Shown here: positions 49,238 through 59,695 of the stretch, in pieces
Position numbering within the stretch: the first letter of the stretch is position 1
How the letters are laid out: the number at the start of each line of letters is the position of its first letter
Source of the DNA: an uncultured Bacilli bacterium
GTDB taxonomy: Bacteria > Bacillota_I > Bacilli_A > RF39 > UBA660
Length of the DNA stretch: 64,000 nt
Assembly (NCBI GenBank): GCA_934096125.1
Contig: CAKOLB010000006.1
Coordinates: forward strand, 778-64,777
Reading direction: 5' to 3'
Position numbers and translations under genes: made by a program
Notes under the pieces: generated by a model
Databases searched by the model: none
Seen by the model: only the letters and a program-made list of their open reading frames with translations
Told to the model about the DNA's origin: nothing

Positions 49238-50962
49238 TTAATTATTTTTTTTTAACTTATATGATAAAAATCCAAGACTTGCTGCAGAAACCATCAAAAT
49301 GGCTACATATCTTACAATATCATCTCCAGTAGCAGGATTCACTACAGTTTTGATTTCAACATCTTCATAAGCAACTGCGTATGTAGAGAATCTATCAGTT
49401 TCAAAACTTAAAATATTACCATCAATTTTAGCAGCTAATTTTTCAGCTTTACCATCATGATATCTTATGACATAGTAATTTCTTTCTATATTGCTTCCAA
49501 TATTTAATAATTCTTCTGGAATTGCTACATTAAATTTAATTTTTTTATTTAATTGTGTTAAAGTTCCTAATTGTTCATTAGAATCACTATCTAACACATT
49601 TAATGTAATATCGAAATATCCAGCAATTTTCGCATTTTTAGCACTAATTAAATCTTTAATACTAGTTAATACTTTGTTATCAATGTTACTTTCTTCTGTT
49701 TTATTAATAGCAATTTCAACTTTAGCATTTTTATCTGTAGTATCTATTTTGAAATCTTTCAAAGAATCTTCAATTATATTTTTAGTATCTGTATCTTCTA
49801 CAATACCCATTTTGATTTCTTTTACAGGAGTATTGTCAATTACAGGCCCTTCAATTTTAAATTCTTTTTTAGCAACAGTATACATACCATTGGCTTTAGT
49901 TACTTCATGAGTTGTTGGTACATATTTACTAACATCACTTGAATATTTTCCGCCAGTAATAGTAGCACTAACTTTACCTACATAGTCTTTATTATTATAT
50001 CCTGATTTGATATTTGTAATTTTTAAATCATCTAAATTTAATACATCAAAAGCACCACGTGTAGTACTATTAGTTTTAATTTCAACATTTCTAGAAATAT
50101 TAACTTTCATTTTTTGAGCAACTTTAGCAATATCGTAAATAGCAATACCACTACCTAATTTGTTAGTAACATTAAAGATTCCACCTGTGATATTTAAATC
50201 TAAAATGTTTGTTTCACCAGTAATGTTTGTGTTATATGTCCCGCCCATTACAAATAAAGCATCAGCTAACCAAACATTTCCATTATAAGCATAGTAATCT
50301 TGATCAGTAATATCATCTAAACTAGCGGTAGCAGCATTGATGATACCACCAGAAATATTGACTTTTCCCATTCTAAGTGAAATACCACCATTAAGGGTTC
50401 CACCAGTAACGTCTAAGCTAATAGGACCTGACATATAAATGGCTGGACCATATTTAGTAGTAAGAGTTCCACCATTAACTACAAATTTCATTGCACCAGT
50501 AGTATTATTACCAGTTAAAACAGAATAGTCAGCCGTGATTTCTCCACCATTAATGATAATTTCTCCACCATTTTTAGCATATAAACCATAGTCTTGCAAT
50601 TTTGTAAACGTTAATTTACCTGAATCTAAGACAAATGTACCATTATCTACTACAAATGTTCCAAAGCTTTTTATTTCTCCGCTATCCTTTGAATCTTTAA
50701 TAGTTAATTTGCCATAAATTTCTAAAGTTTTAGCATTATCCCCCGTATCAACGCTAGTACTAGTGATTGAATGCCCGTTTAAATCAATTGTAATATCTTG
50801 ATCTTTACCAACTGTAAAAATTTCTGTATAATCTTGATCCAACACTATTTCTTTACTTCGATTTCCATCAATTTGACTTTGTAATGTTTCACTTGCATTA
50901 ACATTAATTATAAAGCCAAGTGAAACTAATAACACCATTAATAATCTTCCTCTTATTTTCAT
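49238..50962 (-). CDS. sortase-anchored surface protein with parallel beta-helix repeats
   Basis: Signal peptide (start reset to the MKIRGRLL ATG at 50962), G-rich beta-helix repeats, and a C-terminal NPATG, hydrophobic stretch and KLKKNN sorting signal. Confidence 0.6.
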   Translation of the reverse strand: MKIRGRLLMVLLVSLGFIINVNASETLQSQIDGNRSKEIVLDQDYTEIFTVGKDQDITIDLNGHSITSTSVDTGDNAKTLEIYGKLTIKDSKDSGEIKSFGTFVVDNGTFVLDSGKLTFTKLQDYGLYAKNGGEIIINGGEITADYSVLTGNNTTGAMKFVVNGGTLTTKYGPAIYMSGPISLDVTGGTLNGGISLRMGKVNISGGIINAATASLDDITDQDYYAYNGNVWLADALFVMGGTYNTNITGETNILDLNITGGIFNVTNKLGSGIAIYDIAKVAQKMKVNISRNVEIKTNSTTRGAFDVLNLDDLKITNIKSGYNNKDYVGKVSATITGGKYSSDVSKYVPTTHEVTKANGMYTVAKKEFKIEGPVIDNTPVKEIKMGIVEDTDTKNIIEDSLKDFKIDTTDKNAKVEIAINKTEESNIDNKVLTSIKDLISAKNAKIAGYFDITLNVLDSDSNEQLGTLTQLNKKIKFNVAIPEELLNIGSNIERNYYVIRYHDGKAEKLAAKIDGNILSFETDRFSTYAVAYEDVEIKTVVNPATGDDIVRYVAILMVSAASLGFLSYKLKKNN

Positions 50963-51037
50963 ATTCTTCTCCTTGCTACTATTATTACAAAAAAATAATA
51001 TCAAAAAAAATCAAAAAAAGCAACCACTTTTGGTTAC

Positions 51038-51916
51038 TTAATTACCTTTCACTTGACTCATTACTTCTTCAGCAAAGTTATCATTTCTTTTTTCCATACC
51101 TTCACCAACTTCATAACGAACCATTTTTAAAATTTCTCCACCATTATTAGCTACAAACTTACTAACAGAAAAATCACTATCTTTAATAAATGCTTGTTCA
51201 GCTAAACAAATCTCTTTAAAGAATTTCTTAATTCTTCCTTCTACCATCTTTTCAGCTATTTCTTTTGGTTTTCCTTCATTCATTGCTTGTTCTGTAAGAA
51301 CCATTTTTTCATTATCAACAACATCTGCAGGAACATCAGAAATATTTAGATACATTGGCTTCATTGCAGCAGCTTGCATAGAAACATCTTTAGCTATTTC
51401 TTCACTAGCTCCTTTTACTAAGGTAAGAGCAGCAATCTTTCCACCCATATGAATGTATGAACCAAAATGTTCATCATCATTTTTAGTTAAAATTTCAAAT
51501 CTTCTCAAAGAAAGTTTTTCCCCAATCTTAGCGGTTTTAGCAATAATTAACTCACCAATAGTACCTTCAGAAGTAGCCACATCTTTTGCTTCTTCTACAG
51601 TTTTTGCATCACTTGAAAGCAAAGCCTTTCCAATAGTATCAATCATTTCTCTAAACTCATCATTTTTACTAACGAAATCAGTTTCACTATTTACTTCTAA
51701 AATAACAGCTTTATTTCCATCTACATAGATATTAGCAAGTCCTTCTGCTGCAATTCTTGATTCTTTCTTTAAAGACTTTGCAATACCTTTTTCTCTTAGG
51801 TAATTGATAGCTTCTTCCATATTACCATTTGTTTCGGCAAGAGCCTTCTTACAATCCATCATTCCAGCCCCTGTTTGTTCTCTCAAGTCTTTAACCATAC
51901 TTGCTGTAACTTCCAT
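51038..51916 (-). CDS. tsf: elongation factor Ts
   Basis: UBA-like N-terminus (VKDLREQTGAGMMDCKKAL) and EF-Ts dimerisation domains. Confidence 0.95.
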   Translation of the reverse strand: MEVTASMVKDLREQTGAGMMDCKKALAETNGNMEEAINYLREKGIAKSLKKESRIAAEGLANIYVDGNKAVILEVNSETDFVSKNDEFREMIDTIGKALLSSDAKTVEEAKDVATSEGTIGELIIAKTAKIGEKLSLRRFEILTKNDDEHFGSYIHMGGKIAALTLVKGASEEIAKDVSMQAAAMKPMYLNISDVPADVVDNEKMVLTEQAMNEGKPKEIAEKMVEGRIKKFFKEICLAEQAFIKDSDFSVSKFVANNGGEILKMVRYEVGEGMEKRNDNFAEEVMSQVKGN

Positions 51917-51934
51917 AATTTATATCCTCCTTTT

Positions 51935-52843
51935 TTATTTATTTAAATTTTCAATTATTTCATCTTTTTTCATTGTAGAATAACCTTTAATACCAGCTTC
52001 TTTAGCCATTTTTTTTAGTTCAGTCAAAGTTTTACTTTCAAGTTCATCATTAACTTTCATTTCTTTAACTTCTTCTATAACAGATTCATCTACTTTTACT
52101 TCTTCTTTTGTATCTTTACCTTTAACTTTACTATCTTCTTCAGATACATAATCATCTAGTGGTAACTCATTTGCTTCACAAATTGCATTAGTAAGTACCC
52201 CAAGCATTACTTTAATTGACCTAACTGCATCATCATTTCCTGGAATAACAAAATCAACATCATCAGGATCACAATTTGTATCAACAACACCAAATACTGG
52301 AATATGTAACTTTCTAGCTTCTCTAATTGCATTATATTCTTTTTTAGGATCAACAACAATTAAAGCTTGTGGTAATTTTTCCATATCTCTAATACCACAT
52401 AATACTTTATTTAGTTTCTCATATTCTTTCTTTAGACCAATTACTTCTTTTTTGGGAAGCAATTCAAATGTCCCATTCTTTTCCATATCTTCAATTTCTT
52501 GAAGTCTTCTAACTCTTCTTCTAATTGTTCTAAAGTTTGTTAAAGTTCCCCCTAACCATCTTTCAGTAACATAGTAAGAATTACTTCTTTTTGCTTCTTC
52601 TAAGCAAACTTCTCCAGCTTGTTTTCTAGTACCTACAAATAAGAACTTTCCACCATTACTAGCGATTGTTTTAACTTCTTCATAAGCCTTTTCCAAACAT
52701 GCTTTAGTCTTTTCAAGGTCGATAATATAAATATCATCTCTTGATGTAAAAATATACTCTTTCATTTTTGGATTCCATCTTTTAGTTTGATGGCCAAAAT
52801 GAACACCTGCTTCTAATAAATAACTCATAGAAACTACTGCCAT
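51935..52843 (-). CDS. rpsB: 30S ribosomal protein S2 with a C-terminal Rho_N/SAP-like extension of about 65 aa
   Basis: S2 core, but 302 aa where S2 is normally about 245 aa. The tail [31 protein letters not shown] is near-identical to the L20 tail. Confidence 0.95.
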   Translation of the reverse strand: MAVVSMSYLLEAGVHFGHQTKRWNPKMKEYIFTSRDDIYIIDLEKTKACLEKAYEEVKTIASNGGKFLFVGTRKQAGEVCLEEAKRSNSYYVTERWLGGTLTNFRTIRRRVRRLQEIEDMEKNGTFELLPKKEVIGLKKEYEKLNKVLCGIRDMEKLPQALIVVDPKKEYNAIREARKLHIPVFGVVDTNCDPDDVDFVIPGNDDAVRSIKVMLGVLTNAICEANELPLDDYVSEEDSKVKGKDTKEEVKVDESVIEEVKEMKVNDELESKTLTELKKMAKEAGIKGYSTMKKDEIIENLNK

Positions 52844-53026
52844 AAATTATCCCTCCTTCGTTTTTTCTTCTTGATACTTCAGCTTACCATAACACCCTCT
52901 TCAGGCACTCGATACAGTAATCCATATCAATGATTATTTCGCATTTACAGCACTTAAATTCTACCAAAAATCCCTTGAAAATACAAGAGATTTCTAAATA
53001 AAAACAAAAAAGGCCAAAAGTTAGCC

Positions 53027-54082
53027 TTAAAATATTCGAATTATATCTTGAATAGTGATATAAATCATCAAAAGCAAAAGTAGGAAAAAACCTATCATAT
53101 GACACGTATTTTCAAACTTAGAATTAACAGGACTACCTTTTATTTTTTCAACTAGCAAGAAAAATACTCGTCCTCCATCAAACGCTGGGAATGGTAAAAT
53201 ATTGATAAACCCAACATTGATTGATAAAAATGCCGTTATATAAATCATATAATTAAGCCCATATGAAACTGACTCATCGATAACTTTATACATACCAACA
53301 GGACCTGCCAAAGCGCTTGTCGATATTTTACCCGTAAGTAACCCAGTAACTGTTAACTCCATTGAATGAACAATACTTTCAAATTTTGCAAAAGCATATT
53401 TACAAGCACCACCAATACCAGTAAGTTTATTATTCTCAACTTCAATGCCAAATACTTTCTTTTCATTACCATCCGCATCTTTTTCCACTTTCGGAGTTAC
53501 TTTATAAGTTTCAACTTTTCCATTTTCATGTTCTACTTTAAAAGTATAATAAGCTTTATCATTTTTCATATATAAAACTATTTGAGCAACATCCCAGCTT
53601 TTAACATTATGCCCATTAATAGCTAAAATCTTATCCCCACTAGTTATCCCAGCTTCTTTCATCGGATAACCATCAACTGCAGTTTTCACAACCGGCTCAA
53701 GTGTATTTCCTCCCCATACTAAAGCACTTACAAAAAGAAGTAGTATTGCTAGTAAAAAGTTATTTACAACCCCAGCGACTAAAATGATAAGTCTTTGCCA
53801 CCAAGGTTTATTACACATAAATTTTTCTTTTTTTATTGTTTTAGTATCAGCATCTTCATAAACTTCCCCAGCCATGGAAACAAATCCGCCAATCGGAAAA
53901 GCTCTTATATTATAATCAATTCCATCTTTGCCCTTATGAGTACGAATCACAGGTCCCATCCCAATAGAAAACTCATAAATATATACTCCAAACTTTTTTG
54001 CCCACATAAAATGACCAAACTCATGAACTAAAATAATTATTCCTAAAATAAATATTAAAATAAGTAACGAAATAAGCCACAT
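53027..54082 (-). CDS. rseP: RIP zinc metalloprotease RseP (site-2 protease)
   Basis: HEFGH zinc motif, PDZ domain and C-terminal LDGG motif. Confidence 0.85.
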   Translation of the reverse strand: MWLISLLILIFILGIIILVHEFGHFMWAKKFGVYIYEFSIGMGPVIRTHKGKDGIDYNIRAFPIGGFVSMAGEVYEDADTKTIKKEKFMCNKPWWQRLIILVAGVVNNFLLAILLLFVSALVWGGNTLEPVVKTAVDGYPMKEAGITSGDKILAINGHNVKSWDVAQIVLYMKNDKAYYTFKVEHENGKVETYKVTPKVEKDADGNEKKVFGIEVENNKLTGIGGACKYAFAKFESIVHSMELTVTGLLTGKISTSALAGPVGMYKVIDESVSYGLNYMIYITAFLSINVGFINILPFPAFDGGRVFFLLVEKIKGSPVNSKFENTCHMIGFFLLLLLMIYITIQDIIRIF

Positions 54083-54095
54083 AATTATCCTCTCC

Positions 54096-54884
54096 TTATA
54101 AAGACATTAAAAACATATATGTTAAAAATACAAATATAGTACTATCTAACCTATCCAAAATTCCCCCATGCCCTGGCATTAAATTAGAAAAATCTTTTAT
54201 TCCATTTTCTCGTTTAATTTGACTCATTACCAAATCTCCCATTTGACCTATAACAGAAAGAGTAGCAACTAAAAGCACAACTTTTAAGGTTATACTTCCA
54301 ACCAAAGTTCCATAAATTGCTAAACCACCAGCAAGACCAAAAAGTAAACCACCAATTGAGCCTTCCCAAGTCTTCTTTGGACTAATAAGTGGACAAAGCT
54401 TATGCTTCCCCCATCTTTTTCCAATTAAAAAAGCAAAAATATCATTTATCATCGGCACTACAATCAAGAAGACAAAAAGCCATAAACTATCCATTCTAAC
54501 TTTAATTAAAGTGCTAAATGTCAAACCTAAAAATATAATAATTGCAAGTAACATAAAAGCATCACTTGGCTTATAAACTCCTTTTTCATAAAAAATAGTT
54601 GGAAGCAATACGAGAAGCACAACAATACTTAAAAGCTGATAACTATAAAACGGAAAACATCCACCAATTATATTATTACTCAATATTAACAGGATTAAAC
54701 TAATAAGCCCTAAAAAAACCATCATACACGGAATATGTCCATGAGTTTTAGGAAGTTCAAGTAGTTCTTTAAAGGCAAGTACCCCAAGTAAACATACTCC
54801 AATTCCAAAAAATACTCCCCCTAAAATAATCAAAGGAACTGCAATAAGGGAAGCAACTACTGCACTTATTACTCTCTCTTTCAT
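54096..54884 (-). CDS. cdsA: phosphatidate cytidylyltransferase
   Basis: Polytopic, with the C-terminal CdsA signature (SQIKRENGIKDFSNLMPGHGGILDRLDS). Confidence 0.85.
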   Translation of the reverse strand: MKERVISAVVASLIAVPLIILGGVFFGIGVCLLGVLAFKELLELPKTHGHIPCMMVFLGLISLILLILSNNIIGGCFPFYSYQLLSIVVLLVLLPTIFYEKGVYKPSDAFMLLAIIIFLGLTFSTLIKVRMDSLWLFVFLIVVPMINDIFAFLIGKRWGKHKLCPLISPKKTWEGSIGGLLFGLAGGLAIYGTLVGSITLKVVLLVATLSVIGQMGDLVMSQIKRENGIKDFSNLMPGHGGILDRLDSTIFVFLTYMFLMSL

Positions 54885-54972
54885 CTCTTCTTACCACCAT
54901 CATTTCTAATACTAGTATATCAAAACTATATTCAGAGTACAATATTTTTTGCCATAGCTAAGCTTATATGCT

Positions 54973-55986
54973 TTATCTTGCTAAAGATTTTTGATCTAAA
55001 CTTTTTATATTACTCATACTATTTTCTACTAAAGTTTTAAAATCTTCTCTATTATCAATTAACTTTCCATTTTCATATCTCATCAGAGGCTTATTAACTA
55101 AATCTGCCACTTTTTGAATATACTTAACACTTGCAGTAGCCATTTTAATCAAATTTTTATAAAAATGATATTCATCTTTGCCAGCATATTTAAAATCCCC
55201 AAAACCGACAATATAATAAATATTTTCTAACTTTTTATTATCAAACATCTCTCTAATTAAATTCATATTATCGGAACAAACAGGCATTTTCAAAAACACA
55301 ACTTTTGTTGTCTCACCAGTACTATATCTTTCTAACAATATTTTATAATCAGTAAATCTTAAATCATGACCTTGACTGTTATCCACCACTTTATGTATTT
55401 TACGAGAATTCTCGGGATTATTATAACTAACATTAAAAAGAGTATTTAGTGCTTTAAAAGAGCGCTCCAAAGACATTTTTCCATGACCCAAAAAACCTCC
55501 ATTTAAATTTATAATACTATCAAAATCATCTGGAGTTATAATTAAATTTACAACATTTTTTATTTCCTCATCACTTTTATTTTTCTCAAGTATCCAAAGC
55601 ATCTCATTAAGAACATAAATAGCATTATCAAAAATATTATAACCATCAAATATTTCAAACAGTTCTATAGTCTCTTCTTCGGGATTATTTAAAGTTTTCC
55701 AAAAATCATCTAATTCTTTTTCTAAAATATATTTGCAAAACATTACAATATTATACTCATCAGCATTAGGACAATACTTTATAAAAAAATTAATATTATC
55801 TTTAGCATTTAACCCAATGTTAAAATAATCCTGATATCTCACACTATAACCACCAGTATTTTGCAAATTACTAGCTAAGTCTTCACATATTTTATAATCA
55901 GTTAGTATTTTATTAATTTTATAAGCTATATGCGTAGATACCCCATCAAATACTGCTTGGTTCTTAATATCACTTAACATATCCAC
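54973..55986 (-). CDS. hypothetical protein (337 aa, soluble)
   Basis: No recognisable motif. Overlaps its upstream partner by 17 nt. Confidence 0.3.
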   Translation of the reverse strand: MDMLSDIKNQAVFDGVSTHIAYKINKILTDYKICEDLASNLQNTGGYSVRYQDYFNIGLNAKDNINFFIKYCPNADEYNIVMFCKYILEKELDDFWKTLNNPEEETIELFEIFDGYNIFDNAIYVLNEMLWILEKNKSDEEIKNVVNLIITPDDFDSIINLNGGFLGHGKMSLERSFKALNTLFNVSYNNPENSRKIHKVVDNSQGHDLRFTDYKILLERYSTGETTKVVFLKMPVCSDNMNLIREMFDNKKLENIYYIVGFGDFKYAGKDEYHFYKNLIKMATASVKYIQKVADLVNKPLMRYENGKLIDNREDFKTLVENSMSNIKSLDQKSLAR

Positions 55987-56365
55987 TTTTCCTCTTCTTC
56001 ATTCTTTTTATTAGCAAAATTTCTGACTTTTCAATAGGCAATCCCTCTTCATAAGCTAGTAGCCCAAGTTCATAATATAATCTTTCTATCTTCTCTCTTT
56101 CCTCATTACTTTTAATACTTTGCAATTTAGTAATTATATTTTTTTCTCTTTTTACCCTATTTTGAACCAATATAGCACCAGAGCCATGCTTCAATCCACG
56201 ATTAGTTGCTCTAAGTAATAACATAATATCATCAATATTAATTTCTTTTACATCACTTTTATCTACTTTGCTTTTACTGCTATCGTACAAATAAAGTAAA
56301 TATAAAGACTCCTTTTTAGTTAGCTTTTCATCTTTTATAAATTGTACTACCTCTCTTTTTCTCAT
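55970..56365 (-). CDS. hypothetical protein (131 aa, basic)
   Basis: No recognisable family. First gene of an overlapping pair. Confidence 0.3.
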   Translation of the reverse strand: MRKREVVQFIKDEKLTKKESLYLLYLYDSSKSKVDKSDVKEINIDDIMLLLRATNRGLKHGSGAILVQNRVKREKNIITKLQSIKSNEEREKIERLYYELGLLAYEEGLPIEKSEILLIKRMKKRKSGYVK

Positions 56366-56423
56366 AAGTAAACCTCCAAAACATTATAAGTATACCACGA
56401 ATTATACCTAAAGAAAAAATAGG

Positions 56424-56864
56424 CTAAAACCTATCATCAAAATTTTCCATTTCATCAAGTTGTTCTTCCACTAAATTTCTAAACTTTCTTTTATATACAG
56501 CTACTTTTCTACGCAAACTTTCAGCTTCTGACTCTATTCTCTCGGCCTTAGTAAGAGCATTATTTATAACTTTAGTAGCATTTCTTTTCGCATCTTCAAG
56601 TATTACTTTTGATTCATCATAAGCAGCCTTTTTTATATTACTCGTGGACTCTTCTGCTACCAAAATAGCTCTATTCAAAGTTGCTTCTATATCTTTATAA
56701 TGCTTTAACTCATCTTTTAAATTATTAACTATCTCACAACTTTTCTTAAGTTTATTAAGCATACTTTCATATTCTTTAGTTACTTCCTTAACAAACTCAT
56801 TAACCTCTTCTTTTTTATAGCCTTGAATACTTGTACTAAATTTATTTACCATAAGGCTCACCAC
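56424..56864 (-). CDS. divIVA: DivIVA-domain cell division protein
   Basis: KFSTSIQGYKKEEVNEFV matches the DivIVA N-terminus; coiled-coil rest. Confidence 0.75.
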   Translation of the reverse strand: MVSLMVNKFSTSIQGYKKEEVNEFVKEVTKEYESMLNKLKKSCEIVNNLKDELKHYKDIEATLNRAILVAEESTSNIKKAAYDESKVILEDAKRNATKVINNALTKAERIESEAESLRRKVAVYKRKFRNLVEEQLDEMENFDDRF

Positions 56865-56869
56865 CTATA

Positions 56870-57283
56870 TTACCAGTCTAATTCTTCATCGGAATTATTT
56901 TTATTACTTTTATCACTCTCATCACTTATCTTCCCTTGAACACTTACATTTTTGGGAGCGACCAAATAAATACCTACTCCAATTTTTTGCATAGAACCAC
57001 CAATAGCATATATGACGCCACTTAAAAAGTCAATAATTCTTTTTGCTTGGTCAGATGTAACTCTTTTTAAATTAACAACAACACTATTTCTATTTTTTAA
57101 ATGGTCTGCAATTTGTTGTGATTCCGAATAAGCCCTAGGCTCTAGCAATATCATCTTATTTCCTGTTTTATCAGCCTCTTTAACCGCTTCTTCTTCAGAT
57201 ATATTATAGTACCCATCTTCTGTACCATTTAAATTATCATCATCACCATCATATTTAAAGACATTTTTTAAGTTAAAAGCCAT
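56870..57283 (-). CDS. sepF: cell division protein SepF
   Basis: C-terminal SepF domain (ILLEPRAYSESQQIADHLKNRNSVVVNL...). Upstream of divIVA, as in the ylm cluster. Confidence 0.8.
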   Translation of the reverse strand: MAFNLKNVFKYDGDDDNLNGTEDGYYNISEEEAVKEADKTGNKMILLEPRAYSESQQIADHLKNRNSVVVNLKRVTSDQAKRIIDFLSGVIYAIGGSMQKIGVGIYLVAPKNVSVQGKISDESDKSNKNNSDEELDW

Positions 57284-57387
57284 TTGTGTTTCCTCCTAGT
57301 CTACTTTTTAATTTTATCAAACTTTTATTTTTTTTACAAGCCCTTTTAATTTACATCTATTATAAAAAGATATGCTTTACTCGCATA

Positions 57388-58761
57388 TCAAAACTCTATT
57401 TTTCTCGCTATATAATCCCTAACTTCATCTATTTTCATAGTCACTTGCTCCATAGTATCTCTATCTCTTACAGTAACTATATTATTTTCAAGAGTATTAT
57501 CATCAATCGTTATAGAAAAAGGTACTCCAATTGCATCACTTCTTCTATATCTTTTTCCAATAGAACCTGACTCATCATAAATACATTCAAAATACTTACA
57601 TAAATCTCCATATATATCATTAGCTTTATTTCCATGAACTTTTTTAATAAGCGGTAAAATACTTACCTTATATGGTGCAAGTGCTGGATGAATTTTTAAA
57701 ACAATTCTTTCACTATCTCCAGCCATTTCTTTCGTATAAGCATCTGTCAAAACTGCCAAGAATAGTCTATCAAGCCCAACAGATGGCTCAATAACATATG
57801 GCAAATATTTTTCTCCAGTCTCAGCATCAAGGTATCTTAAATCAGCCCCAGAATGCTCCATATGCACACCTAAATCATAATCAGTTCTATCGGCTATACC
57901 CCAAAGTTCACCCCAGCCCATTGGATACTTATATTCAATATCCGTCGTAGCTTTACTATAAAACACTAACTCTTCTTTCAAGTGGTCTCTAAGTCTTAAA
58001 TTTTCTTCTTTTAATCCAATACTTTTTAAAAAGTCAAAACAAAAACTCTTCCAATATCCAAACCACTCTAAATCAGTATTTGGTTTACAAAAAAATTCCA
58101 GTTCCATTTGTTCAAACTCTCTAGTTCTAAAAATAAAGTTCCCTGGTGTAATTTCATTTCGAAAAGCCTTACCAGTTTGAGCAATTCCAAAAGGAAGCTT
58201 AAGCCTCATACTTCTTTCCACATTTTTAAAGTTCACAAATATCCCTTGCGCTGTTTCTCCCCTTAAATAAACAGTACTTTTACTATCATTTGTAACCCCA
58301 ACTTTAGTTTCAAAAAGCAAATTAAACTTTCTAATTGGTGTAAAATCACTCTTACCACACTTTGGACACTTTATTTTATTATCAGCGATAAACTTCTCAA
58401 GTGCTTCATTTTCCCAACCATCACCTGTAACCTCACCATGAGTATATTCTTCCACTAACTTATCAGCTCTATGTCTACTCTTACATCCCCGGCAATCAAT
58501 AAGGGGATCTGCAAAAGATGCCACATGCCCAGATGCCACCCATACATTTGGATTCATAAGTATCGCCGCATCCACTCCAACATTATAAGGATTTTCTTGA
58601 ATAAACTTTTTCTTCCAAGACTTTCGTAAATTTTCCTTTATATTTGTTCCAACTGGACCATAATCCCACGAATTAGAAAGCCCCCCATAAATTTCACTTC
58701 CTTGAAATATAATTCCATATTGCTTAGAATAGTTTACAAGTTCTTCCATTGAATTTAACAT
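57388..58761 (-). CDS. glyQS: glycyl-tRNA synthetase (alpha2 single-chain type)
   Basis: Class II motifs and about 460 aa. Start reset to the MLNSMEEL ATG, 9 nt after a GGAAG SD. Confidence 0.9.
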   Translation of the reverse strand: MLNSMEELVNYSKQYGIIFQGSEIYGGLSNSWDYGPVGTNIKENLRKSWKKKFIQENPYNVGVDAAILMNPNVWVASGHVASFADPLIDCRGCKSRHRADKLVEEYTHGEVTGDGWENEALEKFIADNKIKCPKCGKSDFTPIRKFNLLFETKVGVTNDSKSTVYLRGETAQGIFVNFKNVERSMRLKLPFGIAQTGKAFRNEITPGNFIFRTREFEQMELEFFCKPNTDLEWFGYWKSFCFDFLKSIGLKEENLRLRDHLKEELVFYSKATTDIEYKYPMGWGELWGIADRTDYDLGVHMEHSGADLRYLDAETGEKYLPYVIEPSVGLDRLFLAVLTDAYTKEMAGDSERIVLKIHPALAPYKVSILPLIKKVHGNKANDIYGDLCKYFECIYDESGSIGKRYRRSDAIGVPFSITIDDNTLENNIVTVRDRDTMEQVTMKIDEVRDYIARKIEF

Positions 58762-58830
58762 ATCAATCACTTCCTTAGTAGCCTCATTATAACGAAAAAA
58801 AAACAAAGAAACAAGCCTTTGCGAGACATT

Positions 58831-59562
58831 TCAAAATTTTAATACACTTTTTAAAAAATTCTTACTATTTAAGTATATCCCCGTATATCTATCATAGTAT
58901 TCATTCAAAAGCTCATTTACAAACTGTTTACTATTATCATCTATTTCTATTTTTTTCACCTTTGCTATATCTACTAAACTATAATTTTTAATAAGTCTAA
59001 CTACATTTCCAGGCACTACTACTTCATTATGCCGACAACTCGCACAAATAAATCCTCCTTTAGAAATATCAACGCTTAACAAATTTGCATCACTTCCACA
59101 AACAGCGCAAGAAAGAAACGCCGAAGAAAGCCCCAAATACTTTAGATACTTTACCTCCAGTATGTTAGCAAGAACAAAGGAATCCAGTCCCTCTTCCATC
59201 TTCAAAATACTTTTGATAAAAATCTCATAAATTTCTTCATATCTATCACTTTGCCTAAGCACTTGATAAGTCAAATCACTCATATAATTTAAAAAAGCAA
59301 CCAAGACTATATCACTCTTGATTTTCTTTAAGGGATTAATAATATCACTACTAATTAAGGTAGATAGTTTATTTTCTTTATATTTAATATTGAGTCTCAC
59401 ATAGGAAAGCTTCATTGTACTTACTCTATTTTTACTTTTAACACGTTTTACCCCTTTACACATAACTCCAAGTATCCCGCAATTGGTAAAAACATTAATT
59501 ACTTTACTACTTTCCCCATAATCTACTTCACTTAATACAAAACCATCTACTTCTTTATCCAT
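58831..59562 (-). CDS. recO: DNA repair protein RecO
   Basis: OB-fold N-terminus, Cys4 zinc motif (CAVCGS..CASC), and conserved era-recO-glyQS order. Confidence 0.8.
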   Translation of the reverse strand: MDKEVDGFVLSEVDYGESSKVINVFTNCGILGVMCKGVKRVKSKNRVSTMKLSYVRLNIKYKENKLSTLISSDIINPLKKIKSDIVLVAFLNYMSDLTYQVLRQSDRYEEIYEIFIKSILKMEEGLDSFVLANILEVKYLKYLGLSSAFLSCAVCGSDANLLSVDISKGGFICASCRHNEVVVPGNVVRLIKNYSLVDIAKVKKIEIDDNSKQFVNELLNEYYDRYTGIYLNSKNFLKSVLKF

Positions 59563-59695
59563 TATTTTTCCTTACCCTCAAGCTTTTTATACTCTAAATA
59601 ATCTTCTACTTTCCCACTATTTTTAAATTTTTCCCAAGCTTCTTTTTTATTCATTTCATATCACCCATATATTATATGTGTAATACTTTTACTTT

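Noticed and set aside
52884-53105. 73-aa minus-strand ORF overlapping the 5' end of rseP.
   Set aside because: It overlaps the rseP start in another frame and covers the rseP-rpsB intergenic hairpin. It is Cys/Phe/Tyr-rich nonsense with no SD.
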